From positions 8,393,957 through 8,457,956 of the forward strand of contig MU053881.1 of NCBI GenBank assembly GCA_013239625.1: 64,000 nucleotides of DNA, given 5' to 3'. The translations under genes and the position numbers were made by a program. The notes beneath the pieces are model-generated. The model worked only from the letters and a program-made list of their open reading frames with translations, made no database searches and was not told the DNA's origin. The stretch is from Lama guanicoe (lineage: Eukaryota). Positions within the stretch are counted from its first letter, which is position 1. Every line of letters starts with the position of its first letter. Shown here piece by piece: positions 36,706 to 49,013 of this stretch.

Positions 36706-37611
36706 TGCTCACACACTGTTGGCAGAGGGGCAGGGCTGGGCACTGCCACATTCTCCCTGGCCTGGCTTAGAGTGTCCACGGGCTGGGCAACGTAGCCTAA
36801 GGAAGAATGGATGCAGTATGTTTGGCTTCATCCACCATCATTCCCTGAGGGTTCTTTCCCAGTGAGGCTGGCTGTATACGAAGATCATGGATCATCTATG
36901 GTTCAAATGTGGACTCTGCCACCCCCAAAAGGTCCTGAAACATCTTAGATCTTACCTTTCTCTTCTCCAACATGGAGATAATACGAGATAAGTTACGCTA
37001 CAAGGTGCCTTTAAAGTGAAATGAGATGGTGCACATACAAATGTGATAGTCCATTGTCTGGATCATTACAGAGGCTCTAAAAATGTCAACTTTGATTACT
37101 GTTTTAATGTTATTTGTGTCAGTGGAACTCATCTGCTTAGGATTCTGTGAAGCCCCCAAATATTTAAAGTCCCCGGGGTCAGCACAGTTTAAAAGCACAG
37201 CTTGCTCCCAGCGGGGCAGGGGACACTGAAGTGGGCAGTACCCATAGTCCTTTTAGCCTGTTGCTAAAACCCCGGCTGTCCTCCTTCAAACCAAACTGCT
37301 TAGAGGATCATCAGAAAACCTTGATTTTAGAAACTGAGGCTGGCAAGTGGAAAGATGCTAGGCTTTGAGGTTTGAAGTGGGTTCGAAGCATAGTTCCACT
37401 CTTTAGCCAGCCAAGTGTCCCTGGTTCAGTCATTTTCTCTCTGAGCTGCAAAAGAGGATTAAAGTATGAAGATTATAACTCGTACTCTCACAGTCATTAT
37501 GAGGATTAAACAAGATGAGTTGCGTAAAAAGCCAGGCACACAGCAGACACTCTGCAACCCTAGTTCCTGTTGTTGGAGCCACCCTGCCCCCAGCCCCCAG
37601 TCTCTAATTAC

Positions 37612-37685
37612 CTTCTCTTAGTCTCTTCATAGCGAAGGCGCAACCTGACCTTCTCCGCCAACTGATTGTTGCTGCTGGTGCCGAA
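37612..37685 (-). CDS. WWC1: WWC1 exon 8 (74 nt): FGTSSNNQLAEKVRLRLRYEETKR(R)
   Basis: Translated by hand; acceptor CTCCAG, donor GTAATT. Confidence 0.95.
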
Positions 37686-38909
37686 CTGGAGGAGAGAACA
37701 AGTCGGGAATTACACGGCTATCGCGGCCAATGCTGAGCTGGGTTTCAGGCGCTCATGAGAGACTTGACAGCTTGCGTGGGAAGTAGCTAAAAATAGCCCC
37801 CAATTATCGAGCTGGCTGTGTGAATCGCAAGGAAGCTAGTTAGGGAAAAACACTTTCCTTCCTTCAGGCATGGGAAGAGCCCCCAAATCAGATATTTATC
37901 CCTTCTAGAAGAGAAGCCAAGAGCCCAGAATATCATCCTTCAGCCCCAAATGGCTTGGAGCCCATTCAAGCCACAGGAGCACGGAGGACAGCTGGTCAGG
38001 AGAGAGCAGGGGCAGTCAGTACATGAGAAAGCCATCTTCGGCGTGCTGGGAGGGGGTCCACCAAACACTCACGGAGCTGGCAGGGGGAAGTGAAGCACTG
38101 AGTGAGGGAGAAGAAGGTCCTTGAACTTGAAAGAAGGTACACAGTTCCTTCACAGATACTCTGGCCCACAGGTGGCTTGTAGCTGGACACCTGGGTGGTG
38201 CGGGGAAGGGGAGGGCAGCCCCCTTGGCCATGTCAGTCTATCAAGGGCAGCAAGGAGCTACAAGACTCATCCCATCAGACATGAATATAGTGTTTCCTGT
38301 TACAACTACAGAAACCAGACAGAACAGCAGGTAGCCATGGAGGCTGGCTCATTCAATGTCACCGGCTCTAGGAAAACAAAACTCTTCAAAGTTGCGGATT
38401 GCTGGGGGTCAGCGCTGCTCTAAGTCTTTCAGGAGCGATGTCTGGCCAGCACTTGCACTGCTCATTACTGTGACTGGGCTGAGGTCTGAACTGGGAGGCA
38501 AGCAGCTGTCTGAAAGCTACATGCCTGGTTTGGGGATGAACAGGAGGGAAATATCCCCTGCTCTCCAGCTGTTAAAAAAAAAAAAAAAAAAAAATAGCAT
38601 GGCGCTGCAAGTTAGCACGAAGGAAACCAGGGAAAGACACCAGGTCCTTCAAACATACTTTCTGTGCAGTATCTAGAGATGCAAGCACGGTAGCCAGGCA
38701 ACGCTCAGGTCCATAGAGTCAGGGCTGGCTTTTCCTCCACCCCATCATCTCACGTTCCCTGGAGGGCCAGGAGTCTGTAAGAGCACGAAGCTCTGGAAGG
38801 CTGAGGCAGCAGCCAGGCCCAGAGCGAGCCACTGGCCAGCTCCTCAGGTGAGTAACAGGAAGGCCACTCCGTCCCTTGGGACCCCCAGCAGCACACACTG
38901 CCTACTCAC

Positions 38910-39056
38910 ACTTCCTGAGATGTCTGTCTGGGAGCTCACATCCAGGTACTGTTTCGGCAGCGGGAAACCCGAACTCTCCAGAGAGCTGCTGCTGGACCAC
39001 AGGTCAGAGTGGGACCCTCGGTCGGTGCGGAAGCCGTCCTTCAGCATGGCGAGGCT
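38910..39056 (-). CDS. WWC1: WWC1 exon 7 (147 nt): [20 protein letters not shown]...SSQTDISGS
   Basis: Acceptor CTCAG, donor GTGAGT; overlaps ORF 38844..39047. Confidence 0.96.
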
Positions 39057-39264
39057 CTGAGCGGGAGGGCAGGGTCAGCCGCACAGCCTTTTGGGAGGGA
39101 GCTCTGGGGTCTGTCTCTCCCTTTGAATTTAGTAGGGAACCACACTCACCCCAGACATCCCACTTATCCTGTAAAGAGCTCCTGGTGAGTGGGTACTCGA
39201 GTGGGTACTCATCTGAGCACCAGGCACTGTGCCGGGCCCTTTACGAGGGAGAAACCAGTGAGGA

Positions 39265-39455
39265 CGCTGGATCTGGAACCCCTGCTCTGCTCCTTCCTAG
39301 CTGTGTGACCTGCCCTTGTTGATGAACCTCTCTGTGCCCTGCCCTTGTTGATGAACCTCTCTGTGCCTCACTTTCCTCTCCTGCAAAATGGAAATCGTCA
39401 TGGGTCCTGTCTCACAGGGCTGTCGTACTGATTAATGAGATGACCAGTGTAAAGC
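39265..39455 (+). mobile_element. MIR carrying an internal perfect 29-bp tandem duplication
   Basis: CTAGCTGTGTGACC...CCTCTCTGTGCCTCACTTTCCTC...AAAATGG; duplicated unit at 39309-39337 and 39338-39366. Confidence 0.75.
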
Positions 39456-40450
39456 GCCAGTTCGGTCAATACTCAGTAGCTGTCAGCTTTCCCTAATCTT
39501 AGTTAATCCTGATCACTGTCCTGAGAGGAATGACCTATGATTATCCCCATTTTACCCAGGAGGGAGCTGGTACGTGGAGAAGCTGGCAGCTAACAGAGCC
39601 AGGATGCGGTCCTGGTCTATCCGACTTCAGACTTGGTAGTCTTAACTGCCGAGCATGACCAGAGCACGCCTCACTGTCCACTAATGCCTCGCCTCAGTGT
39701 GTTCACTGCGCCGCTGCCCTGGGCAGGAGCTCTGAAATGATTCCATTTGTCATAAAGCGTAAAGCTTCCTTCAAGTCATTTACAGTCTCTGACCTTGACT
39801 GCTGATCTGCTGATGGGAACGAAAATAGGGTATCTCAGTGGTCAGGGCAGTTCCTCTGAGCGGTGGGCGGGATTCACAGGGGTTACGAGCATGGGCTTCC
39901 AAGTCAGGTGAGCACGGGTTTGAATCTTGGCTCTTCTACTTATGCCCTGAGCTGCGCAGTCTTTATCTGTGTGATGGGGAGAAACTCGCGCTGATGTAAG
40001 AGGTGAGGCATGGTGTGTGCATAGCGCTTGGCGCGACTGGCTGACACGTTAAACCCTATCTATCGCCATTTGTTCAGATCCCATCACACAGTTGGAACAC
40101 GCAACGAAATGCTTACAGAGAGGCTACATTTTGATGTCAAGGTTAGTGATGTTGAAACCACCTCCCTCCATTTGGTTCTGTGCTAGAGCTGGTGGGCAAG
40201 GACATGGCCTTCGGACTAGACCACAGAAGAGGGCTCCTGTTCCCACTCCGCCATTTACACTAGTTGTGTGACCTTGGCCAAGGTACTTGATGCTTCTAAA
40301 CCTCCATTTCTTCCTCTATACCATGAGACTAAAAGCCAAGAGAACCAGTGAGGAGCACTCTGTGACCTGGCAGCGTATGGAAAGTGCATGAGTCCTGGCA
40401 CAGAAGGGCGCTCAGGAGAAACTGAGATGGGGCTCACGTCACGCAGGTAC

Positions 40451-40580
40451 CTTAATGAGGTCTTTCTTCTCCTTTTCTCCACAGGTGATGGCCCTTTTGA
40501 TGGCTTTTGTTTCTCTTAAGACGGCCTGAGCCTCGTCCAGTTTGTAGCTGCCCTGAGCGTCAGACATTTTCTTATCGATT
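40451..40580 (-). CDS. WWC1: WWC1 exon 6 (130 nt): [43 protein letters not shown]
   Basis: Translated by hand; acceptor CCTAG, donor GTACCT. Confidence 0.95.
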
Positions 40581-41019
40581 CTAGGAGAGTCAATGGGAAA
40601 GATCAAAGTTAGGGTGAGTGATGGTGTTTCCCCAGGGAAAAAGAATAGACCACAGTGCTCGGGTCCTGTAAGAAGTCCCCTCTCTGTCCCAAGTACCCTT
40701 TTCCCTCCAGGTCTTTCCTAGTGGATAAGGCACAGAAGGTCCCTGTCAAATTGCAAATGTCTGCAGTGCTGCAGAAGCAATGCCATTCTTAAAGCCAACT
40801 CTTACAGGGAGCCTTCCCTGATTACCTCCCTGAGTCCTCTAGGCTGGGCTCGGTGTTCTCATAACATATTGCACGAAGCTGTGACACTGCACTCAGTATG
40901 CTGTGCTATAATTAATAATTTATGTGGCAGTGTCCTGGACTTGATCTGACAGGCTTGAGTATGTTTGAGTAGTTTTAGTATCTGGCATAGAACAGTCTGT
41001 CCTTTTTTTGTTTCTTTCC

Positions 41020-41790
41020 TTTTAACGTTTATTTATTGAGTGAAAGATTCTTTAAATTCTATAGAACTTAAAAAATTTCAAAAGTTTCAGACTCATGCTT
41101 TCATTTAACCCCATAATAATCTTTCCCCTGCCACCCCTAAATGGCCCCCCCCTCTCCCCATGACAACCACTGGTCTGTTCTCTATGAGTCTGCTTCTTTT
41201 TTGTTTTATTCACTAGGTCGTTGTAATTTTAGATTCCACATGTAAATGATATCATACAGTATCTGTCTTTCTCTGTCTGACTTATTTCACTTAGTGTAAT
41301 GCCCTCCAAGTCCATCCATGCTGCTGCAAATGGCAATTTTTCATTTTTATGGCTGAGTAGTATTCCAGTGTGTGTGTGTGTGTGTGTACACACCACATCT
41401 TCTTTATCCATTCATCTGTTGATGGACACTTAGGTTGCTTCCATATCTTGGCAATTATAAAAAATGCTACTATGAACATTGGGGTGCATGTATCTTTTTG
41501 AATTAGTGTTTTTGTTTTTTTCAGATATATACCCAAGAGTGGAATGTCTGGGCCCTATGGTAGTCCTATTTTTAGTTTTTTTAGAAATTTCCATACTGTT
41601 TTCCACAGTGGCTGCACCCATTTACATTCCCACCAACACTGTACGTGGGTTCCCTTTTCCCCACATTCTCGCCAACATTTGTTATTTGCGTTCTTTTTGA
41701 CGACAGCCGTTCTGACCAGCGTCGGGTGTTTTCCCATTGTGGTTTTGATTTGCATTTCTCTGATGATTAGCGATGTTGAACATCTTGTCA
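41020..41790 (-). mobile_element. 5'-truncated L1 (ORF2 Cys-rich C-terminus plus 3'UTR), frameshifted
   Basis: ORF fragments CSTSLIIREMQIKTT...CWWECKWVQPLWKTVW, DTCTPMFI...IAKIWKQPKCPSTDEWIKKMW and WMDLEGITLSEISQ are L1 ORF2 signatures, spread over different frames. Confidence 0.92.
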
Positions 41791-41799
41791 TGCCCGTGA

Positions 41800-42011
41800 A
41801 TCTGGGTCTCTGGACCTCAGGGTTCTTGGGGCTGGATCGTTCTTCGCTGTGTCGGGACCGTCTTAGGTACTGCGGGATGCTCAGTAGCATTCCTGGTATC
41901 TAGATACTAGCAGCATCCTGACCTTGAGCTGTGACAACCCAAAACGTCTCCATGCTTGACCTAATGTCCTTTGGAGGAGAGGAGCATAATCTTCCCTGGT
42001 GAGAACCACTG
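41800..42011 (+). mobile_element. MER20 hAT-Charlie MITE
   Basis: TTGGGGCTGGATCGTTCTT...AGCATTCCTGG...TGTGACAACCCAAAACGTCTCCA...GAGAACCACTG. Confidence 0.75.
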
Positions 42012-45000
42012 CCTTTCACAAGCATTTGTTGAGTTAACAGCCACTGAAGGCAAGGTGAGAAGGATGAAGGACTCCCAGCCCTACCACTTAGCAGAGTGCA
42101 CTTGGGCATGGCCCTGGAGCACACGGACCCTATTTCCTCCTCTGAGAAAACCTGGATCATGTCATCTGGCTGGCCCATGTTCATGGAGCTGTGAGGAATG
42201 TCAAATGGGGTAAGGATGGCACATCAGGGGAGGGGCTAGGAATCACCAAACAAATGCAAGGACTATAATCCATCCTGCAGAGCTTATCGGCTCATCCATG
42301 CCCTACACACAGGTTCATTTTGATGGGCGAAGGTGGGGGGAGAAGTAAGTGAAGGTCATGGAGGTCAGACAGATCAGAGACGGTGCGGTCTGAGGCCTCT
42401 GGGGAAGGAGGGCTGTGCTGTGGGAAGGTTCTGAAGGCAGAGAGAAAGTTTCACTGCTTCACACTTTCATCAAAGGCTGGGGTGAGGTTTCAGTCCCCGG
42501 TGAAGAAAAGGAAGATTTACGGTCTGAGGGAACACCACAAACTCATTATTTCAGGATGAGAAACCACTCACAGGCATTCCTTTCTGATTTCCTGCTAGAG
42601 GCCACACTGTCCCGGGCTAAAAATAACCTGAGTGGGGAAGCACAGGTCTTCCTCCAGGCCTCATGGTCTCCGCGTTGGAGCAGGCGTTCTCAGCTTGGCC
42701 CTCCCTCTCCCGTGATTTCAGCCTCCTCCGTGGAGGGAAAACAAAGCTCCAGTCATGTCTTCCACTAAAAATAGCCTGTCTATTCCTTTCGAGGACTTGA
42801 GTCTGGGCAAGCCTGCCAGGTCGGCTAAGACAGGTCTCAGATTCAGCTTGAAAAATTAGTCTAATGGGAGCGTTCCCGACAGAGGCTGGACCAAGATGCT
42901 CCCTGAAGGGGAGGATCCCCCCAGAGCGAGGGTCCAGGACCGAAGGTCGCCCTGCTCGAAAGGGGGAGGGGGTGCAGGGGAGACCCTGATTGCTAGAACA
43001 AGCCTCGGGGCTGGGGGCTCTGGGGACGGGGCTGTACCCAGCTGTCCTCTGCCAACAGAGTGAAGATGGCTTTGAAATCCTCAGCAGGAAGAGACAGAAG
43101 CAGTCTGTCAGCCGGAGCTCGGGCTCCTCAGCCAGCCTCTACCTGATTGCTCTTGGGGGCCTTAGCAACCCAGGCTCCGGAATTTGGCTCCGGAGAGCAG
43201 CTCGGAGAGGGAACACTCCTGGGCTTGGGGAGCGGGGGAGGGAAACAAAGGGTTACCATTATGTACTCAGTGAATGAATCTTTTTTTTTTAAGGGAAAGA
43301 AAAGTTGTGTGGTTGGTGGGGAGGAGAGGGTGTTGGGGGGATGCTTGAATTTTAGGATTTCCAAATTACACAGCTGCACTTCAGAGACTCCCACACCCAG
43401 GAGCCACAGGGCAGCCACAGAGAAGCAGGGCAGAGGCTCTGACGGCAGCCTCTTGATCTTGTCCGGACAACGCTCACCTGGGCAGGGTGGCTCTGGGGAT
43501 GTGCAGGAAGATGCTGTCCTGCCCTCCTCCCACAGGGATGGCATGCCTAGTCTTTCCTATTTGCGAGGGCTCAAGGCAGCTGACAGGGTCAAATCCCAAG
43601 CTTTTGTCTCAATTTTTCTTTCCGGTCTCTTCTAAGAGGTGTTCGTTAATCTTCAGCAACCGTTTTTCTTTTCAAAACTGAGTTTGCTGATCATGAACCA
43701 AACAAATGGGTGTTTCACCTTCCCCCATGTTCTGCAAAGAGAGGACGCTAAGACGTGGCTGGATCACCCTCCACTGGACTCTGAAAAGGATCCCAAGGGA
43801 GAGGAAAGGGACCTCGTGTTTTCTGGGTCTGGGGAGGGGGCTATCTGGGATGATGCCAGGAAGGGAGGTACTAGGACATGAGCTTCAAAATCCAAGAGTC
43901 CCGGGGACCAACCCCAGCTCTGACGCTCACTAGTTAGGTCATCATGGGCACATTTTCAGCCCCATGAGTGCCCGCGTCTGTAACATGAGGCTGAACAAAA
44001 ACTGCTCTTAAGGGAGTAGAGACGAGGAAGTGTGGTGACGGGCGCACACTCAGCACAGCCTCTGGCCCGGGGCGGACGTGACGGAGTTCATCTGAGTTCC
44101 TTTCCAAGTCCAAGCCGGCAACCAGCTAGACGTCGCCACCCCCTTCCGCTCCCTGGGCTTGCCGTGGGTTTACCAATTCAATGTTCTCAATCATTTATTT
44201 TTCAGATAAAGAAAACAGAAGCTCAAGGGGGTTAAGCCACTTTTCCATGTTCCCAGGGAACTGAGATTTGAACCTAGGCCATCCTCCTCTTGCGGCCACA
44301 TTCCTAACCCTCGACGCCAAGGTGTGCATGAAAGCAGAAACCCTCCTCCACAGTGAACACGGGGCCCGGCTTCCGGCTGAGGGGCGTGGGCAGGCCCAGC
44401 GCTGTGGTCTTATCTGGGCCTGACATCACAGGTGGCCGGCCAGGCCAAGGGAGGAGGAGAAAAGGGAGGCTTGTCTTTGGGGTTTCAGCGTCAGCTTACC
44501 AAACGACAAGAATTTTCAATGCTGCTACAGAGTGACAAAGTGGTAAAACAGGTTTGTGGTGGCTCGGAGAATAATGGGAAGTGTTCTAACCAGAAGCTCC
44601 TGAGAATCACCGCGGGGGGTGGGGGAGGGGGAAAGGGAGGGAAGAGAGAGGGAAGGGCACCTGCGCTGAGATGATGTGGGACTGAGTAGTCCTTAAACTA
44701 TGTGCTTAGAACCCACTCTGCTACCCAGTGAAGGCCTGAGGCTGCTATTTGCTTTGCAGGAATTTTCTAAGCTCACATCACTGCCCTCAACTGTCCTTGG
44801 CACCACTGAAGATTGCCGAGAAGCATAAAGCATGCGCATCCCTTGTCCCAGTGAGATTAGAACTTGGTCTGAGAAACAGAATTGGCATATACATACCTAC
44901 ATATGTAAATAACATGTATCTATATAAACACAAAGCCATAACATATAATACAAAAATGTATCATACACAGTCTGTAATACAAAGTCACACTTTCTCGTAC

Positions 45001-45562
45001 CTTGGGCTGTGGGGGAGTCACAGTGGCTTACCTGGGCAGTGGGGGTTTGGGGAGTGGGGAGATGTAAGAACCAACTGGACCCTTAACTAGTGTCACAGTC
45101 CCCTCAAAGAACAGGGCTTGGAGACAGAGATCCAGAGGTTTGGAGCTGTGACCACAGTGTGGTGGGGGTGGACTGAGGTCCAGAGAATAAAGAAAAGGTT
45201 TAGTGAGGGAGAGGGGAAAAGCAAGTGTCTATAGAAGCTGCTGCCTGTGCAGAGGTGGCTTCCTTGGGAATCTAAGTGGATCTCCCTTAGAACAGAGAAG
45301 TCTACTGGCTGGCCTCCTTGGAGCTTCCAAGAGGGCTACCAGGCACCTCTAAAATGACTGTTCCCTGAGCCCATCAGAGATACTGAATGTGATTCAATGC
45401 ATAAGTCTCAGTGATATGTGTGGTTATTAATGGCAATAAGCTAATACTGTGAACACTTACTGCGGGGCTCAGGTTCCCCATTTATAAAATGGAGTGAGCT
45501 AACAGCACATCCCTGATAGAGCTGTGACGATGTCACCCACGCAGAAACACTGAAAAGTGGGA

Positions 45563-45722
45563 GGGGAGGGTGTAGCTTAGTGGTAGAGGGTATGCTTAAC
45601 ATGCATTAGGTCCTGGGTTCCATCCCCAGTCCCACCATTAAAAAAATAAATAAACCTAATTATCTCTCCCCTAAACAAATAAATAAACAAAGAAAAATTG
45701 AAAAAAAAAAAAACCAAAAAAC
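45563..45722 (+). mobile_element. tRNA-Ala-derived SINE (camelid vic-1 type) with near-perfect TSD
   Basis: GGGGAGGGTGTAGCTTAGTGGTAGAG...AAACCTAATTATCT, A-rich tail; flanks AACACTGAAAAGTG (45546-45559) and AACACTGAAAGTG (45723-45735). Confidence 0.9.
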
Positions 45723-46398
45723 AACACTGAAAGTGCTCCCTGAAACAGAGGAACTGCTCAGCAAAATCTTAGTATAATCAGGGAATGACAATTAACACAT
45801 CTTCTTTAAAGAAACAACAGGGCTGTATTTTGCTTGGCTTCAAGCCAGCTTCTAAAAGTGAAAATTACATTTGGTCCAAGTTCTGGAAACTCCTTAAGTC
45901 TCCCATAAAGCACAGGGTACACGCTCTTTAAGTAATTTGTTTGCTGCGGAAGAGGTCCTTGTTCCTTTAGTGGAGCCCACCAGCGAAAGCCGTTGCTCAC
46001 TTTTAGGGGCCCTGGAATGGGCTGGTTTTGTTTGTGTGCACATCAGATTCCCCCGGATCTACTGGAAGGGATGAGGCAGGTGCACAAAAATGCCCAACAA
46101 GACCTGCCTCCATGACTGGCTGGCAAAACTCAACAGAATGGGACAGACTTTTAATGGCTTTGGACGTCCTCGTCAGAGGACGATGAGAGCTTTGTGGTCT
46201 GAAATGATTCTCCTTTGCTCTTTATGAACCACAATCCTGGGTGACAGAAGCTTTAGTAAGTGCCAGTGGAATCGAATAATTAGAGAGCCCCATTTCTAGA
46301 AGGGTGGACAGAGCCTGAAGGAAAGGGAGACAGAGAGGGCAGGAGGGGAGCACGGGTCGGGGGCAATCCCCGTGCTCTGCACCGCAGGGTGGACTTAC

Positions 46399-46478
46399 TT
46401 CTGCAGGGTCTGAAAGCCACGCTCTTTGAACTGTAGCTCCTGCTGGAGATGAACCATCTCTCTCTTCAGCTTGTTAAC
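46399..46478 (-). CDS. WWC1: WWC1 exon 5 (80 nt): VNKLKREMVHLQQELQFKERGFQTLQ(K)
   Basis: Acceptor TCCAG, donor GTAAGT; in ORF 46395..46586. Confidence 0.96.
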
Positions 46479-47858
46479 CTGGACAGCAGAAGACCACGCA
46501 CAGGGCCAGGTCAGAGGTGGACAGGAATTAAGCCCCAAACTGCCTTCTCTTCGGAGGGGACCCAGAGTCCCCCACAGCCTCGGCAATGATGACTCAGGTC
46601 AACACCCCCTGGGCTCCTCTTACTGGTGTTGCCTTGGTCTCTGTGGCTGCCCGTTCGGCCGGTATCCCAGCCCAAGTGTTCTGCAGGTCACTCCTTCTCA
46701 GCACTTGCTCCAGAGAAACAGGAAGTGGACTGGAGCCGGCTGACCTGGGAGAGAGCTTGGCCTTCCCACTGCCTCGCTGGGTGGCCTCTCAAGCCATCTC
46801 GCTTCTGAGAGCCTCCCCTCCCTGCTCTGACAGATGTGGATAATGGCCATTTCCTGGGTTGTGCATTACTTAAAGCAGGTAATGGGTATGGGGGCGCTGT
46901 GCGTGGAGGCGAGAGGTGATGCCCTAACTCGAGAGGTAAGACATGGCCCGGGAGCCAGCTTCAGCCTGCAGGAATGCTCTGCGTGCCTTGCAGTGTTATT
47001 AAATCCTTAAAAATTAGTTGCTAATAATTAAATATTGAGATATTTTTGACAGTAAGCCTAGAAACACAGTTCTTTTCTAAAAATACCTAGAGACTTGCCA
47101 GTGTGGAGCCCACATTCCAGCATGGCTGTAAGAGCATAGGGCTGAAATTCCATGACCCCTTTAGATGGGGCGCACCCCTCTAGGGTCCCCACTACTCCCT
47201 ACCCTGCCTCACCGCCAGCCCCCGCCCCCCTTCCTTGTCTTCTTGCAGGCATCTCAACCTGCAGAACCTACTTGAACTCGCATTAAGCCAGCGTTCATAA
47301 TACTAATTTCCCCTTGAGCAAGTCATTGAGCTGCTGGTCCTCAGTTTCCATTATCAGTAAAAGGGGACTAAAAATATCTATTCCCTAAGGCAGTCGCGAA
47401 TTAATTAAATACGACAATGCCAAATGAGCACCAGTGAGGAGGACAGCACCCCACAGTCAGAACTCTGGGGGCAGCCTTGAGTCCCCTGTGACCTTGGCAA
47501 GTTACTTAGACCCCCTGCTTCCCCAAAACCCCCTCCAAGCCTCTGTTAGCTCATCTTTAAAATGCAGGTATTGACAGGAGCTACTCCATGGGGTTGTGGA
47601 AAGGGCATGAGATAATAATACTCAAAAAGCATTTAGTGCTACGCCTGGTAATAATACAGCAATTGCTTGTAAAACAGTGGCTGCCGTTAATCGTTACTAT
47701 TACTAAGACGATGGCTGTTATCACGTCTACTGTTAGTACTGATGCCACTGCCTGGGTGGAGCATTTATAGTGGTCTTGTGGGTGGGCTAGTTGCCTAAGG
47801 CTGCTTAATGACCACCCCCACCCCCCGCCCATCAATAGTATAAGCAAAGGGGACCTAC

Positions 47859-47935
47859 CCGGGATTTTGCAGTGGCAATTTCAGCTTTCAGGATCTCAGG
47901 GTCATACTTAGAGCTGGATGACGAACCAGAGACCA
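47859..47935 (-). CDS. WWC1: WWC1 exon 4 (77 nt): (L)[25 protein letters not shown]
   Basis: Translated by hand (absent from the ORF track); acceptor TTGCAG after T-rich tract, donor GTAGGT; phase fits neighbours. Confidence 0.96.
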
Positions 47936-48053
47936 CTGCAATGAAAAAGAAAAAGAAAATTTCTGTAGAGGAAAACATATTTTGGTTAAAGTTGGCTTAT
48001 TCGGCCATCTAGAGCAAAGCTCATTTTATGTAGTTACTTATTTAAATTAATTC

Positions 48054-48141
48054 ATTATTTTTTTCATGGAGGTACTGGGGATTGAACCCAGGACCTCGTG
48101 CATGCTAAGCACTCGCTCTACCACTGAGCTGCAGATTCCCC
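48054..48141 (-). mobile_element. Short tRNA-Ala(AGC)-like retroposed copy (SINE head or tRNA retropseudogene)
   Basis: GGGGAATCTGCAGCTCAGTGGTAGAGCGAGTGCTTAGCATGCACGAGGTCCTGGGTTCAATCCCCAGTACCTCCA plus short A-tail; 7-bp flanking repeat TTAATTC at 48047-48053 and 48142-48148. Confidence 0.85.
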
Positions 48142-48695
48142 TTAATTCGCCATCTAGGTAAACCCAGAAGGGAATGGCTATTAGGGAGCAACCTAAATGT
48201 CCAACAAAGGGGGATGTGTTAAAACAAACATGGTACACAGATAAAATAAGGACCATACAACTTAAGTGATTTAAAATGATGGTGCAGAAGAATACTGAAC
48301 AAACCTTACTGTTACACGGAAACACTAATTTACGAAAGACTACAAAGAAAGAATAACTTAGATTTGTAAAATATACACAGACAACAAATGTACACACACA
48401 CAAAGGCATCTGGAAAAAGACTGGAAAGAAATTTATCAGAAAGCTAATACTGCTATCTAGAGATCTAGATGATGAATAATATTAATTTTCATCTTTGTGT
48501 TTTTCCGTCTGCCACATTTTCTAACACATATGTATTTTTAATCAGAAAACGATTGCTAAATATATCACTTATTTTACTTTACAATATTAATGTACATTTG
48601 AAAAGGAAAATAAATTCCCTGCAAAGCTATCACCCTAATACAGTTATCTTCCCTCCAAGTTACCTCCCAATGTTTACCTACAGTTCTATCATGTG

Positions 48696-49013
48696 CAGAC
48701 ATACCTCAGAGATACTGCGTTTTTGGTTCCAGACCACCACAATAAAGCAATTATCACAATACACAGATTACTGCAATAAAGCCAGACACACAAATTTTTT
48801 GGTTTCCCATTGCCAATAAAAGTTGTGTTTACACTCTACTGCCATCCATTACGCGTGCAATAGCATTATGCCTAAAAAATGTACATACCTTAATTAAAAA
48901 TTACCTTCTTGCTAAAAAATACTAAGTGTCATCTGACAACGCAGGGTTGGCACAAACCTTCGATTTGTAAAAACTACAATATTTATGAAGTGCAATAACA
49001 TGAGGTCTGCCTC
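48696..49013 (-). mobile_element. Internally deleted Tigger1-family DNA transposon
   Basis: Tigger1-like termini CAGACATACCTCAGAGATACTGCG...GTTCCAGACCACCACAATAAAGC and GTGCAATAACATGAGGTCTGCCT. Confidence 0.75.

Noticed and set aside
41229..41890. ORFs with L1 ORF2 similarity as protein genes
   Set aside because: Fragmented across frames; a 5'-truncated dead L1
48067..48141. Call as a functional tRNA-Ala gene
   Set aside because: Acceptor stem disrupted; the A-tail and flanking repeat indicate retroposition
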